This document shows, one piece after another, positions 39,765-48,724 of a stretch of 64,000 nt of DNA. The notes under the pieces are model-generated. The model was not told the origin of the DNA. It saw only the letters and a list, made by a program, of their open reading frames with translations, and ran no database searches. The stretch's first letter is position 1. Each line of letters starts with the position of its first letter. Source of the stretch: an uncultured Clostridium sp. (GTDB lineage Bacteria; Bacillota; Clostridia; Oscillospirales; Acutalibacteraceae); the NCBI GenBank assembly GCA_964448835.1, contig CAYUXK010000004.1, forward strand, positions 409-64,408, read 5' to 3'. The position numbers were made by a program, and so were the translations under genes.

Positions 39765-40467
39765 CAGAGAGCTTTTATCCTCGCTTGCCGTGGGCTTTGG
39801 AGTGGAGCTTGACGAACAAAAGCTTGATTTGCTCGACGCCTATGCCGAGATGATGCTCCACACAAATGAAAGCATGAACCTTACCGCGATAAAAGATGCC
39901 CGTGGCGTTACGGTTAAGCATTTCGCAGACAGCATTTCACTTCTCGGCGCAGTGAATCCGCCCCAAGGTGCGAAGGTAATAGATATTGGGACCGGCGCGG
40001 GCTTCCCGGGCATTCCCCTTTTGATTTGCAGACCGGATTTGGATTTAACCCTTCTCGACTCAACGCGCAAAAAACTTGACTTCATTGACGAAAGCGCCGC
40101 GAAGCTCAATTTACCCGTCAAAACGCTGCATCTTCGCGCGGAGGAAGCGGGCAAAAGCGCTCTGCACCGTGAAAAATATGATTTAGTCGTTTCTCGCGCT
40201 GTGGCGAGCCTCGAGGTGCTGAGCGAATATTGTCTGCCGCTTGTAAAAATCGGCGGAGTTTTCGCGGCAATGAAGGGCGCGAATTGGCAGATGGAAGCGC
40301 AGCAGGCTCAAAGCGCGATTAAGCTTCTTGGCGGTGAAAAATTGCACGAAAAAAGCTTTTCACTTGCCGATGATGGCGAAAGATGCATAATTGTCATCAA
40401 AAAGATATCGCAAACATTGCCAAAATACCCCAGAGCCTCGACAATTATTTCGAAAAAACCGCTGTGA
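39754..40467 (+). CDS. rsmG: 16S rRNA (guanine-527-N7) methyltransferase
   Basis: NLTAI, KHFADS, DIGTGAGFPG, RAEE, SRAVA. Confidence 0.96.
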   Translation: MVIDRELLSSLAVGFGVELDEQKLDLLDAYAEMMLHTNESMNLTAIKDARGVTVKHFADSISLLGAVNPPQGAKVIDIGTGAGFPGIPLLICRPDLDLTLLDSTRKKLDFIDESAAKLNLPVKTLHLRAEEAGKSALHREKYDLVVSRAVASLEVLSEYCLPLVKIGGVFAAMKGANWQMEAQQAQSAIKLLGGEKLHEKSFSLADDGERCIIVIKKISQTLPKYPRASTIISKKPL

Positions 40468-40582
40468 ATCCGCAGATTTATGTCGTCGGAGCGAAAAATT
40501 GCGCGCACAATAATGTTGGACAAACTCCCCTCCCCGGTGCTATGCTTGAAGCAACGAACAAGCCACCGAGGGGGGTAAAATT

Positions 40583-41440
40583 TTGAAGGGACAAAAATGC
40601 AAGGTTGGCGGCCAGATATTGCTGGTTCCTCAGGGTGAAATAATACCAAATCCGAACCAGCCTCGCCAAAGATTTGATTTTGACGAGCTGGAGGGGCTTG
40701 CTCAAAGCATACGTAAAAACGGAATGATACAGCCCATTGCAGTCAGACTAAACGAGGATGGCAAGTATGAACTGATTTCGGGCGAGCGTCGGTTGCGCGC
40801 CGCGCGGCTCGTTGGGCTTACCACCGTTCCGTGTATACTTATGAATGCCAACGATGAAAAATCTGCTCTGTTTGCGCTGATTGAAAACATGCAGCGCTCT
40901 GAACTGGGTTTCTTTGAGGAAGCTGCGGCAATTGAAAAACTTATTACCGATTATGGCATGAGCCGGGAGGAAATTTCCGAGAATCTCGGAAAGGCGGCTC
41001 CTACCATATCTAATAAGCTCAGGTTACTCCGCCTTACGGAGGAAATGCGCCACAAAATAACCTCTGAAGGGCTCTCAGAGCGGCATGCTCGAGCGCTGCT
41101 GCGACTTACGAGCGAGTCGCAAATGAGCAGGGCGCTGGCAATTATTGCGGAAAAGCGGCTTACTGTAGCCGAAGCCGAAAAACTGATTACGCATATCCTT
41201 GAGAGTGACAACGGGCCCCGCCAGCCCGCTGTTAAGCTCTTCAAAGATGTTCGAGTATTTGTTAACACGCTTAATCACGCCGTTGACACTATGCGCAAGG
41301 CCGGGATTGATGCCGACAGCGCAAAAAGTGAGACGGACGAGTATATAGAATATATCGTTCGAATACCCAAAAGCAAAGGATATGTTATCCGCGCGAAGCG
41401 CAACCGCGAGGACCTAAACGATCGTGAAGCGATAGCATAA
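40583..41440 (+). CDS. noc: ParB-family nucleoid occlusion protein Noc
   Basis: NPNQPR, GERRLRA, ENMQR; C-terminal FVNTLNHAVDTMR; between rsmG and parA. Confidence 0.85.
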   Translation: MKGQKCKVGGQILLVPQGEIIPNPNQPRQRFDFDELEGLAQSIRKNGMIQPIAVRLNEDGKYELISGERRLRAARLVGLTTVPCILMNANDEKSALFALIENMQRSELGFFEEAAAIEKLITDYGMSREEISENLGKAAPTISNKLRLLRLTEEMRHKITSEGLSERHARALLRLTSESQMSRALAIIAEKRLTVAEAEKLITHILESDNGPRQPAVKLFKDVRVFVNTLNHAVDTMRKAGIDADSAKSETDEYIEYIVRIPKSKGYVIRAKRNREDLNDREAIA

Positions 41441-41501
41441 CCTGATTAATTTAACTACCACTACCATATCTTTCTCTTTCACACCCACATCCACAGCAGA
41501 G

Positions 41502-41529
41502 AGGGCAGGCTAAAAAGCCTGTCCTTTTT
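41502..41529 (+). terminator. Intrinsic terminator after noc
   Basis: AGGGCAGGC-TAAAAA-GCCTGTCCT-TTTT. Confidence 0.75.
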
Positions 41530-41533
41530 GCAT

Positions 41534-41549
41534 TGTTCCACGGGGAACA
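41534..41549. promoter_or_regulatory. Second parS-like site upstream of parA
   Basis: TGTTCCACGGGGAACA, one mismatch from the palindrome TGTTCCACGTGGAACA. Confidence 0.7.
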
Positions 41550-41631
41550 TTTTGTTCACATAAAGTTTACTACCATTTTGTAAAAACATATGATATAATA
41601 CCCGTGTATACATAAGTTGGGAGAGAGACGC

Positions 41632-42399
41632 TTGGGAAAAACCATCGCAATAGTAAATCAGAAGGGCGGAGTTGGCAAAACCACATCCGCCATTAACCTT
41701 GCCGCCGCGCTCGGTGCCAAGGGATACAGGATATTGCTCGTCGATATTGACCCGCAGGGGAACTCAACGAGCGGCTTCGGCGTCAACAAAAGGGGACTCG
41801 TGTCTTCTTCTTACGATGTGCTTGTTAATTCGGAGCCTGTTGAGGAAGCAATAATCAAAACCCGGTTCATAAATGTGAGCGTGGTCGCGTCAAATATGGA
41901 GCTCGCAGGCGCGGAGCTGGAGCTGATTGACACTCAAAAGCGAGAAAGTCGCCTTAAGATGGCGCTCGCTTCAGTTAAAGATAATTATGACTTCATTTTT
42001 TTGGATTGCCCGCCGTCGCTCGGGCTGATAACGCTCAATGGCCTTTGCGCCGCGGATACGCTGTTAGTGCCGATTCAATGCGAGTTTTTTGCGCTCGAGG
42101 GGCTTTCACAGCTGATTTCCACCGTCAGGCAGGTCAAGCGCCTTTATAACCCGTATATTGAAATTGAGGGCGTCCTGTTAACGATGTATGACGGCAGGCT
42201 GAACCTTACGCAGCAGGTGGTTGAGGAAGTAAAAAAATGCTTCCCCAAAAAGGTCTATGCGACCGCAATCCCAAGGAATGTAAGGCTTTCAGAGGCTCCC
42301 AGCTACGGGCAGCCGATTATGTATTACGATAAATCCGCCTCAGGGGCGCAGGCCTATGATGCGCTTGCAGATGAATTTCTGCGACTTAACGGTAAATGA
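41632..42399 (+). CDS. parA: Chromosome partitioning ATPase ParA/Soj
   Basis: NQKGGVGKTT, DIDPQGN, DCPPSLG, VRLSEAPS; TTG start likely at 41632. Confidence 0.96.
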   Translation: MGKTIAIVNQKGGVGKTTSAINLAAALGAKGYRILLVDIDPQGNSTSGFGVNKRGLVSSSYDVLVNSEPVEEAIIKTRFINVSVVASNMELAGAELELIDTQKRESRLKMALASVKDNYDFIFLDCPPSLGLITLNGLCAADTLLVPIQCEFFALEGLSQLISTVRQVKRLYNPYIEIEGVLLTMYDGRLNLTQQVVEEVKKCFPKKVYATAIPRNVRLSEAPSYGQPIMYYDKSASGAQAYDALADEFLRLNGK

Positions 42400-42413
42400 T
42401 AGGAGTGAGTTAA

Positions 42414-43289
42414 ATGTCTGCAAAAAAAGGCGGGCTTAACATAAACAGGGGATTAAGCGCATTACTTGTGGATAATTCTATTGAGGAATTAAACTCCGCA
42501 CGAATAGTAGACTTGAAGCTTATGGAAATTGAGCCGAACAAGGAGCAGGCGCGTAAGGATTTTGAAAGCACCGCGCTTGCCGCTTTGGCTGACAGCATCG
42601 CTCAGAACGGTGTGCTCCAGCCGCTTATAGTCAGGCCCATTATCGGCGGAGGCTACCGCCTGATAGCCGGCGAAAGGCGCTGGCATGCGGCAAGAATGGC
42701 GGGACTCACCGAGGTGCCTGTCATTATCAAAGAGGTTGATGATACACAGGCGGCGGTGCTTTCACTCATTGAGAACCTTCAGCGAGAGGACCTGAATCCG
42801 ATTGAGGAGGCGCTCGGTCTGAACAGCCTTACTCAGGATTTCGGGCTTACTCAGGAGCAGGTGGCTGAACGCGTCGGCAAATCACGCCCGACGGTAGCGA
42901 ACCTTTTGCGCTTACTTACATTGCCGCAGCAGGTAATTGACCTTGTGCGCGGCGGCGAGCTGAGCGCCGGGCACGCAAAGGCACTTGCCGGACTGCAGGA
43001 TGAGGACACAGCCGTTAAAGCGGCGAAGTTCATTATAGCTAAGGGACTGTCCGTTCGCGAAGCGGAAAAGCTGGTTAAGTCAATGACCGCTGAAAAAAAA
43101 GAGCGCAAAGTCAAGGCTGTCACGCGCGAAGCTTTTTTTGACGAGGTTGAGCTTTCGCTGGGCAGCGCGCTCGGCAGACGGGCAAAGGTCACAACCAATA
43201 AGGATAAACAATCAGGTACGTTGCAAATAGATTTTTACGATAAGGATGATTTGGCGCGCCTCGCAAAGGCACTCGGAAGGTTGGTATAA
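42414..43289 (+). CDS. parB: Chromosome partitioning protein ParB/Spo0J
   Basis: GERRWHAA, ENLQREDLNPIEEA, KSRPTVANLLRLL. Confidence 0.96.
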   Translation: MSAKKGGLNINRGLSALLVDNSIEELNSARIVDLKLMEIEPNKEQARKDFESTALAALADSIAQNGVLQPLIVRPIIGGGYRLIAGERRWHAARMAGLTEVPVIIKEVDDTQAAVLSLIENLQREDLNPIEEALGLNSLTQDFGLTQEQVAERVGKSRPTVANLLRLLTLPQQVIDLVRGGELSAGHAKALAGLQDEDTAVKAAKFIIAKGLSVREAEKLVKSMTAEKKERKVKAVTREAFFDEVELSLGSALGRRAKVTTNKDKQSGTLQIDFYDKDDLARLAKALGRLV

Positions 43290-43324
43290 TTGAATGAACC
43301 GCACAATAAATTTCAGGAAAAGAA

Positions 43325-43951
43325 GTGAGAAATGTGGCTGAAACAATTAAGGTAATGGACTACCACGAGGACGAACTAAAGTTTCATCGCTTCGTGAGAT
43401 GGATTCAGTTGCCCTTTGTATTTGTTGCGATGATAACACTGCTGGTTTTGCACTGGGAGGATTACAAAACCTTTATGCCTTTGGTACCTGAGGCGGTGCT
43501 ATGCGTTGTAGGTATACTGTTTATTTTAATGACAGAATTTGGCTTTATTTATAACGCGTCATATTCCTATTACACCGTGCAGCTCAATTATTTTAACTAT
43601 GTTATCATGTGCCTGTATTATCTCATTTACAACTATATCTACACATCGGTCAGCAACGCTGTTATTGTCGCTTACGCTATCGCTTTTATCGGCACGGTGA
43701 TGCTGTTCGCTTTTGTCAGCATTTACTATTTGGAGCGAAAGTACCTTTTTGTTGAAAGCAGAGAGGATAAGCGAATAAAAAATGCGGGACTAAAAGCGAC
43801 AAAAATCGACTTTAACCCCAAGTTTGAGCGCGAAAAAATGTCTCGCGGCGAGCTGAAGGGTCACATGGAAAAGCGATTTGAAGAGGTAGATAACAGCATT
43901 GACAAGAAAAAAGAAGAACACAAAGAAGCAGACCCGTTTGAAGATAAATAA
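43325..43951 (+). CDS. Hypothetical membrane protein (about 4 TM segments, charged C-terminus)
   Basis: Hydrophobic segments followed by a Lys/Glu-rich tail; start codon uncertain. Confidence 0.7.
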   Translation: MRNVAETIKVMDYHEDELKFHRFVRWIQLPFVFVAMITLLVLHWEDYKTFMPLVPEAVLCVVGILFILMTEFGFIYNASYSYYTVQLNYFNYVIMCLYYLIYNYIYTSVSNAVIVAYAIAFIGTVMLFAFVSIYYLERKYLFVESREDKRIKNAGLKATKIDFNPKFEREKMSRGELKGHMEKRFEEVDNSIDKKKEEHKEADPFEDK

Positions 43952-43960
43952 ATAAAACAA

Positions 43961-43997
43961 AAAAAGCGCTCCTCATTCATCACGAATGAGGAGCGCT
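43961..43997. terminator. Terminator between convergent genes
   Basis: AGCGCTCCTCATTC/GAATGAGGAGCGCT 14-bp stem; A-run gives a U tail for the minus strand. Confidence 0.85.
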
Positions 43998-44008
43998 GAA
44001 ATTATGCC

Positions 44009-44908
44009 TTAATACTTGACGTTGTAAATCTTCATTGTGTTAATAAGCTCCTGCTGAACCTCAAAGGCCATGCCGATTACCTTGCCCGATCCAACGATGG
44101 TAACATAGGATAATTGCTCAAGCTCTATAACCTGATTGGTTTTGGGATTGTAGGTGAGAACAGCCTTACAATCATGATAAGTAAGATTATACACAATGTT
44201 TTTCGCGACGGCGGAAACAAAGTCGCCATTAAGCTCTTTATCGATATCAGCCTTTGAAAGAGGGCTGAACATAGCGCCGGTTTTGCTCGGAGAGGTGCTT
44301 GCTCCGTCGGCGCAGGGCTCGGGGTTCTTCTCGCTCTTGAGAACGATTGTGAGCTGATAGTTGCCGTTGGGAAGCTGTTTCGCACTTGCTGATTTAATAG
44401 CAGAAGCATCTGTGAGTATGCAGCCCTTGGGGGATTTATAGACGGGGAACCATCTCATGTCGCCGCCCTTTTCTCTGAACTCGGGCTCCGCCTTCGCATC
44501 TTCTTCTGTGGTCATGAAGTGCTCGGCGAGGGGAAGAACGGTATTGACCAGGGTCTTGCCCTGAGTAACCTTTCTGGAAGCCTCATCATCGGGAAGCTGC
44601 TGGTACTCATATTTATTGAACGAGGGCTTGTCGGCTTTAGCCTGATTCATAACCGCGGTGTAAGCGGCAAGAATTTCCTCGGTGGTTTCAGGCAGCTTAT
44701 CGGTGAGCGCCGCTGTGGTGGTTTCGCCGATCGCCGTAGTGGTTTCGCCGTTAACGGTGGTAGCAGCTAATGTGGTTTCAATCACAGTGGTGGGGACATC
44801 ATCGGGCGTCTGAACAGCGGTGGTGGTTTCGGCAGCTTCATTGCCGCCGCAGGCCGCAAGAGCAAAAACAAACGAAAAAGCAAGAAGAAGTGCCAATATT
44901 TTTTTCAT
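44009..44908 (-). CDS. Hypothetical lipoprotein with Thr-rich linker
   Basis: MKKILALL...LAACGG lipobox; ETTT repeats. Confidence 0.8.
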   Translation of the reverse strand: MKKILALLLAFSFVFALAACGGNEAAETTTAVQTPDDVPTTVIETTLAATTVNGETTTAIGETTTAALTDKLPETTEEILAAYTAVMNQAKADKPSFNKYEYQQLPDDEASRKVTQGKTLVNTVLPLAEHFMTTEEDAKAEPEFREKGGDMRWFPVYKSPKGCILTDASAIKSASAKQLPNGNYQLTIVLKSEKNPEPCADGASTSPSKTGAMFSPLSKADIDKELNGDFVSAVAKNIVYNLTYHDCKAVLTYNPKTNQVIELEQLSYVTIVGSGKVIGMAFEVQQELINTMKIYNVKY

Positions 44909-44932
44909 AGATACTGTTCCTTTCAAGCAAGC

Positions 44933-45799
44933 TTATTTAATAACTACGCTGTAATCAACAATGCCTCTGAAATTCTTGAGGTTTGCGGAAATACCGAGCT
45001 TTGCTTTTGCATCGCCGATAAAGATGTGGACGGAATATACCCACGCGCCTGTGGTGATTTTGCCTGTCTTTTCGTTGATTGTGCACTTAACTGAGCTGTT
45101 CTTATATGTAAGCTTAACAGTATCTCTGCCTTCGGTCAGCTCTGCGCCCAGCTCTTCAAGAGCGCCGTCAATGCTGCCAAGGGTGCCGACAGCGCGGCCA
45201 ACAGGGCCCGCTTTGGAATCAGCATCGGAACCGTCGGTCTGTTCTTTAATTGAAAGCTTGATGGTGGTAACTCCGTTTGCGGAAACGGCTTCGGCTCTTG
45301 TAACATCAGAGGCTTTAAGCTCGCCTTTACCCGGGATATAGTCTGTGGGTGTCGAGTTCTTCTCGAGCGCCTTCTTTGCCGCGGGGTTGAGAACCTTGAG
45401 GATAACGCCGATAGCGCCGTCGCCGGTGATGTCGCCGTCAAGCTTCATTGTGCTTTGGCCTGCGGGAGCGCCTTCTTTGTTGGTCTTTTTAACTGCTGCG
45501 TTGTAATAAGCAACAACAGTTGCTATGTCGGTGGAGTTCAGACCGCCTGCGGCCGTTGCGGCCGTGGTGGTTGCGCCGGCAGCTGTGGTTTCGCCTGCGA
45601 CTGTAGTTGCTGCGGCTGTGGTTTCGCCGATAGCGAGGGTTGTTTCAGCGCCTGTGATAGTAGTTTCATCGGCGGCAAGAGTGGTTTCTTCAGCAAAAAG
45701 GTCTGTGGTGGTGGTGGCAACTTCTTCCTCACCGCCGCCGCAAGCGGCAAGCGTGAACACAAGTGAGAATGCCATTAACAGTGCAACAAGTTTTTTCAT
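44933..45799 (-). CDS. Hypothetical lipoprotein with Thr-rich linker (probable paralogue of neighbour)
   Basis: MKKLVALL...LAACGG lipobox; ETT repeats; AGGAGG RBS. Confidence 0.8.
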   Translation of the reverse strand: MKKLVALLMAFSLVFTLAACGGGEEEVATTTTDLFAEETTLAADETTITGAETTLAIGETTAAATTVAGETTAAGATTTAATAAGGLNSTDIATVVAYYNAAVKKTNKEGAPAGQSTMKLDGDITGDGAIGVILKVLNPAAKKALEKNSTPTDYIPGKGELKASDVTRAEAVSANGVTTIKLSIKEQTDGSDADSKAGPVGRAVGTLGSIDGALEELGAELTEGRDTVKLTYKNSSVKCTINEKTGKITTGAWVYSVHIFIGDAKAKLGISANLKNFRGIVDYSVVIK

Positions 45800-45978
45800 G
45801 GGGTACCTCCTAAAAATAGATAATTGATTTTTCCGCGGGATACCCCGCGAGTTATACCACAATAAAATTTACAACAAAGAGGCACATTTGTCAAGTATGA
45901 AAATAGATTACCTTGCAGAAAATGTCAAAATATCTTATAAAATTTACCGTTTATACATAATAAATTATATATAATATC

Positions 45979-46007
45979 GTGACATCCCGCGCAAAGTATG
46001 CTATAAT
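45979..46007 (+). promoter_or_regulatory. sigma-A promoter for xth
   Basis: GTGACA (45979-45984), 17 bp, TG-extended TATAAT (46002-46007). Confidence 0.65.
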
Positions 46008-46045
46008 ATTCGCATTAATCTTATAAGGAGCGCGGGATTCGAAAG

Positions 46046-46798
46046 ATGAAATTTGTTTCGTGGAACGTTAACGGAATAAGAGCTTGCGTCACCAAGGGCT
46101 TTTGTGAGAGCTTCTCGGCGCTTGACGCGGATATATTTTGCCTGCAGGAAACCAAGGTTCAGCCATGCCAGATTGAGCTTGACCTGCCCGGGTATCATCA
46201 GTATTGGTGCTACGCGGATAAGAAGGGTTACGCGGGTACGGCGGTTTTTTCGCGCCTCGAGCCATTGAGAGTTTCATACGGCATCGGTGTTGAACGCCAT
46301 GACACCGAGGGCAGGGTAATCACGCTTGAATTTAAGGATTTTTATTTCATAACCGTCTATACGCCAAATTCCCGCGACGGCCTTGTGAGGCTTGATTACC
46401 GCATGGACTGGGAGGATTCCTTCAGGGAGTATATTCTTGAGCTTGACAAAGACAAGCCCGTTGTCTTTTGCGGCGACCTTAATGTCGCTCATAATGAGAT
46501 AGATTTAAAAAATCCGGCGACAAATCGCATTAACCCCGGCTTTACAGATGAAGAGCGGGGCAAGCTTACTCAGCTGCTTGAGAGCGGATTTATTGATACC
46601 TTCCGCTTCCTTTACCCCGAAACGGTTAAATACAGCTGGTGGTCTTACCGATTCTCCGCGCGGGATAAGGATGTCGGCTGGCGTATAGATTATTTTATTG
46701 CTTCAAAAGCTCTCAAGGGCAAAATCAAAGACGCGCAGATACACAATGAGGTATTTGGCTCTGACCATTGCCCGGTTGAAGTGACAATTGACTTTTGA
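46046..46798 (+). CDS. xth: Exodeoxyribonuclease III / AP endonuclease
   Basis: SWNVNG, CLQETK, YTPNS, GDLNVAH, WRIDY, GSDHCP. Confidence 0.96.
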   Translation: MKFVSWNVNGIRACVTKGFCESFSALDADIFCLQETKVQPCQIELDLPGYHQYWCYADKKGYAGTAVFSRLEPLRVSYGIGVERHDTEGRVITLEFKDFYFITVYTPNSRDGLVRLDYRMDWEDSFREYILELDKDKPVVFCGDLNVAHNEIDLKNPATNRINPGFTDEERGKLTQLLESGFIDTFRFLYPETVKYSWWSYRFSARDKDVGWRIDYFIASKALKGKIKDAQIHNEVFGSDHCPVEVTIDF

Positions 46799-46818
46799 TT
46801 AAAAGGGGACAGGACTCT

Positions 46819-48141
46819 ATGAAAAACAAGGGGCTCACAATTACCGCGGCGATTCTTGCCGCGCTGATGATAGGTTCGGGTGCTTTCTATTTTATATCCG
46901 CCAAAGGTAACAGCGCGCCCTCGGATGATGAAGAAAAGGAAACTAAGATTTATTCATACGAGCAAAGCGCATATACTCTTTCGAACGGGCGAGCCAATCT
47001 CGCGTCCGGCGCTGTGCTGCTGCCAACGGGAATAGACGGTATCTATTATTCCGCCGACCTGAGCGGCAGGGTGGGCTTTTTTACTGTTGAAAACGGCGCG
47101 GTTAAGCCGTATGGCGGCGAGGTAAAAACCGTTAATGCTACTATAAGCAAAACCTACACAAGCCGCCAGGATATGGACACCAAAATCACCTATATTGAGC
47201 ATGAAGGCAAGGTATGCGGCTTCGGGCTTTTCACGACCGAAATAAGCTCTAAAGAGGCGAACACCTACCCCTACGCGTTCTTTAAGGTTATCAATAAGCC
47301 CGTCGGCTACGGCAGCGGGCATTTGCTTCTGATTGATTATGAGAAGGATAATTTCTATAGCGCCGATAAAGTATATTCGGAAATATTCTCATTTAATCTT
47401 TCGACCGGCAAGACAGAAAAAATATTTGACTACAGCAACCGAACCGTTGACTACACGGGCGGCTATCGTAACGACTGGGCAATGCTCACAGATTATTTTG
47501 CCGCTAATATGGCGGGCGAGAAATATTTCCTTTCATCGCGCAACTATAATAACTCCGACCGCGGCAAGGTATGCGACATTATGGTGGTCAGTGACGCGTA
47601 CAAGCCCACAATCAAAACAAACGGAATAGTAGGGCTTTGGGCGAGTGTTCAGGGGGACGGTCTTCACTACCTTCGCAACACAAACACAGGCTTCAACAGC
47701 ATCGCCCTTACCGACAGCGAAAAAATAATCGCCTCCTTTGAAGGCAATTATTTCAGCGATTACCTTCAAAGCGGCAACTATATCATAAATAAAAACAGCC
47801 TTGCCTTCGCGAACCTTTTGACAGGCGAAAGCAAGACCTTAAAAGATATTTATCTGGGCGATATTGATGTTTTCTCAGTAAGCCCCGACGGCAGCAAAGC
47901 GGTTTTCGCCGCCTTTGGCGAGCCTAACGAGCTTGGGGTAAAGGTTCAGCGAATCATCTATTACGATATCGCTAACGGCAAAGCGTTTACCTTCGCGGAG
48001 CCGCTGCTTCTGAGCGAAACGGCGAGCTCGTTTACCTGGCTCGATAATGACAGCGTTATGCACGCGCGCCCCGAAAAAGGCGACGGCAGCGGCGTTATGA
48101 TGTGCCGCTGGAGCTTCACGGCCGCCCAAACGCAGGATTAA
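46819..48141 (+). CDS. Hypothetical secreted/membrane-anchored protein, probably beta-propeller-like
   Basis: N-terminal hydrophobic anchor; beta-rich, with FSVSPDGSKAVF and FTWLDND motifs. Confidence 0.6.
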   Translation: MKNKGLTITAAILAALMIGSGAFYFISAKGNSAPSDDEEKETKIYSYEQSAYTLSNGRANLASGAVLLPTGIDGIYYSADLSGRVGFFTVENGAVKPYGGEVKTVNATISKTYTSRQDMDTKITYIEHEGKVCGFGLFTTEISSKEANTYPYAFFKVINKPVGYGSGHLLLIDYEKDNFYSADKVYSEIFSFNLSTGKTEKIFDYSNRTVDYTGGYRNDWAMLTDYFAANMAGEKYFLSSRNYNNSDRGKVCDIMVVSDAYKPTIKTNGIVGLWASVQGDGLHYLRNTNTGFNSIALTDSEKIIASFEGNYFSDYLQSGNYIINKNSLAFANLLTGESKTLKDIYLGDIDVFSVSPDGSKAVFAAFGEPNELGVKVQRIIYYDIANGKAFTFAEPLLLSETASSFTWLDNDSVMHARPEKGDGSGVMMCRWSFTAAQTQD

Positions 48142-48635
48142 ACATTCTCCTTGCGCAAATCCAGCACTATCTGGTCATGCTCCATTTTAAGCTGTGTGTA
48201 TTTGACTCCCACGCTGTCAAACATTCGCTTTGAAGCGCGGACACTCACGGAATCGGCGTATTTATCCGAAAGATAAAAGACCTCGCGAATGCCGCACTGA
48301 ATTATTGCCTTCGCGCACTCGTTGCAGGGGAAGAGCGCCACATATATCTTGCAGCCCTCAAGGCTTGAGCCGCCGTTATTGAGTATGGCGTTGAGCTCGG
48401 CGTGGCAGACATAGGGGTATTTGGTGTTGAACTCGTCGCCGTCACGCTCCCAGGGGAAGCTGTCGTCATCACAGCCCGCGGGCAGGCCGTTGTAGCCGAC
48501 TGACATAATCTTATTGTGGCTGTTAACTATGCAGGCGCCGACCTGAGTGCTTGGGTCCTTGCTGCGGTTGGCTGAGAGCAGGGCAATACCCATGAAGTAT
48601 TCGTTCCAGGTGATATAATCGGTTCTTTTCGGCAT
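48138..48635 (-). CDS. dCMP deaminase
   Basis: RSKDPSTQVGA, GYNG, CHAELNAI, FPCNEC. Confidence 0.92.
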   Translation of the reverse strand: MPKRTDYITWNEYFMGIALLSANRSKDPSTQVGACIVNSHNKIMSVGYNGLPAGCDDDSFPWERDGDEFNTKYPYVCHAELNAILNNGGSSLEGCKIYVALFPCNECAKAIIQCGIREVFYLSDKYADSVSVRASKRMFDSVGVKYTQLKMEHDQIVLDLRKENV

Positions 48636-48724
48636 ATCGGCAGCTCCTTTAATTTAAATAATATCTGAATTTTAGCATATTTTTGCGGTCATTACAACAA
48701 CAAATTGGCCGGTGAGGAGATTCT

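Noticed and set aside
41440-41500. CTACCACTACC and ACATCCACA after noc as a second origin
   Set aside because: One weak box and no proper box-GC-trio-AT layout
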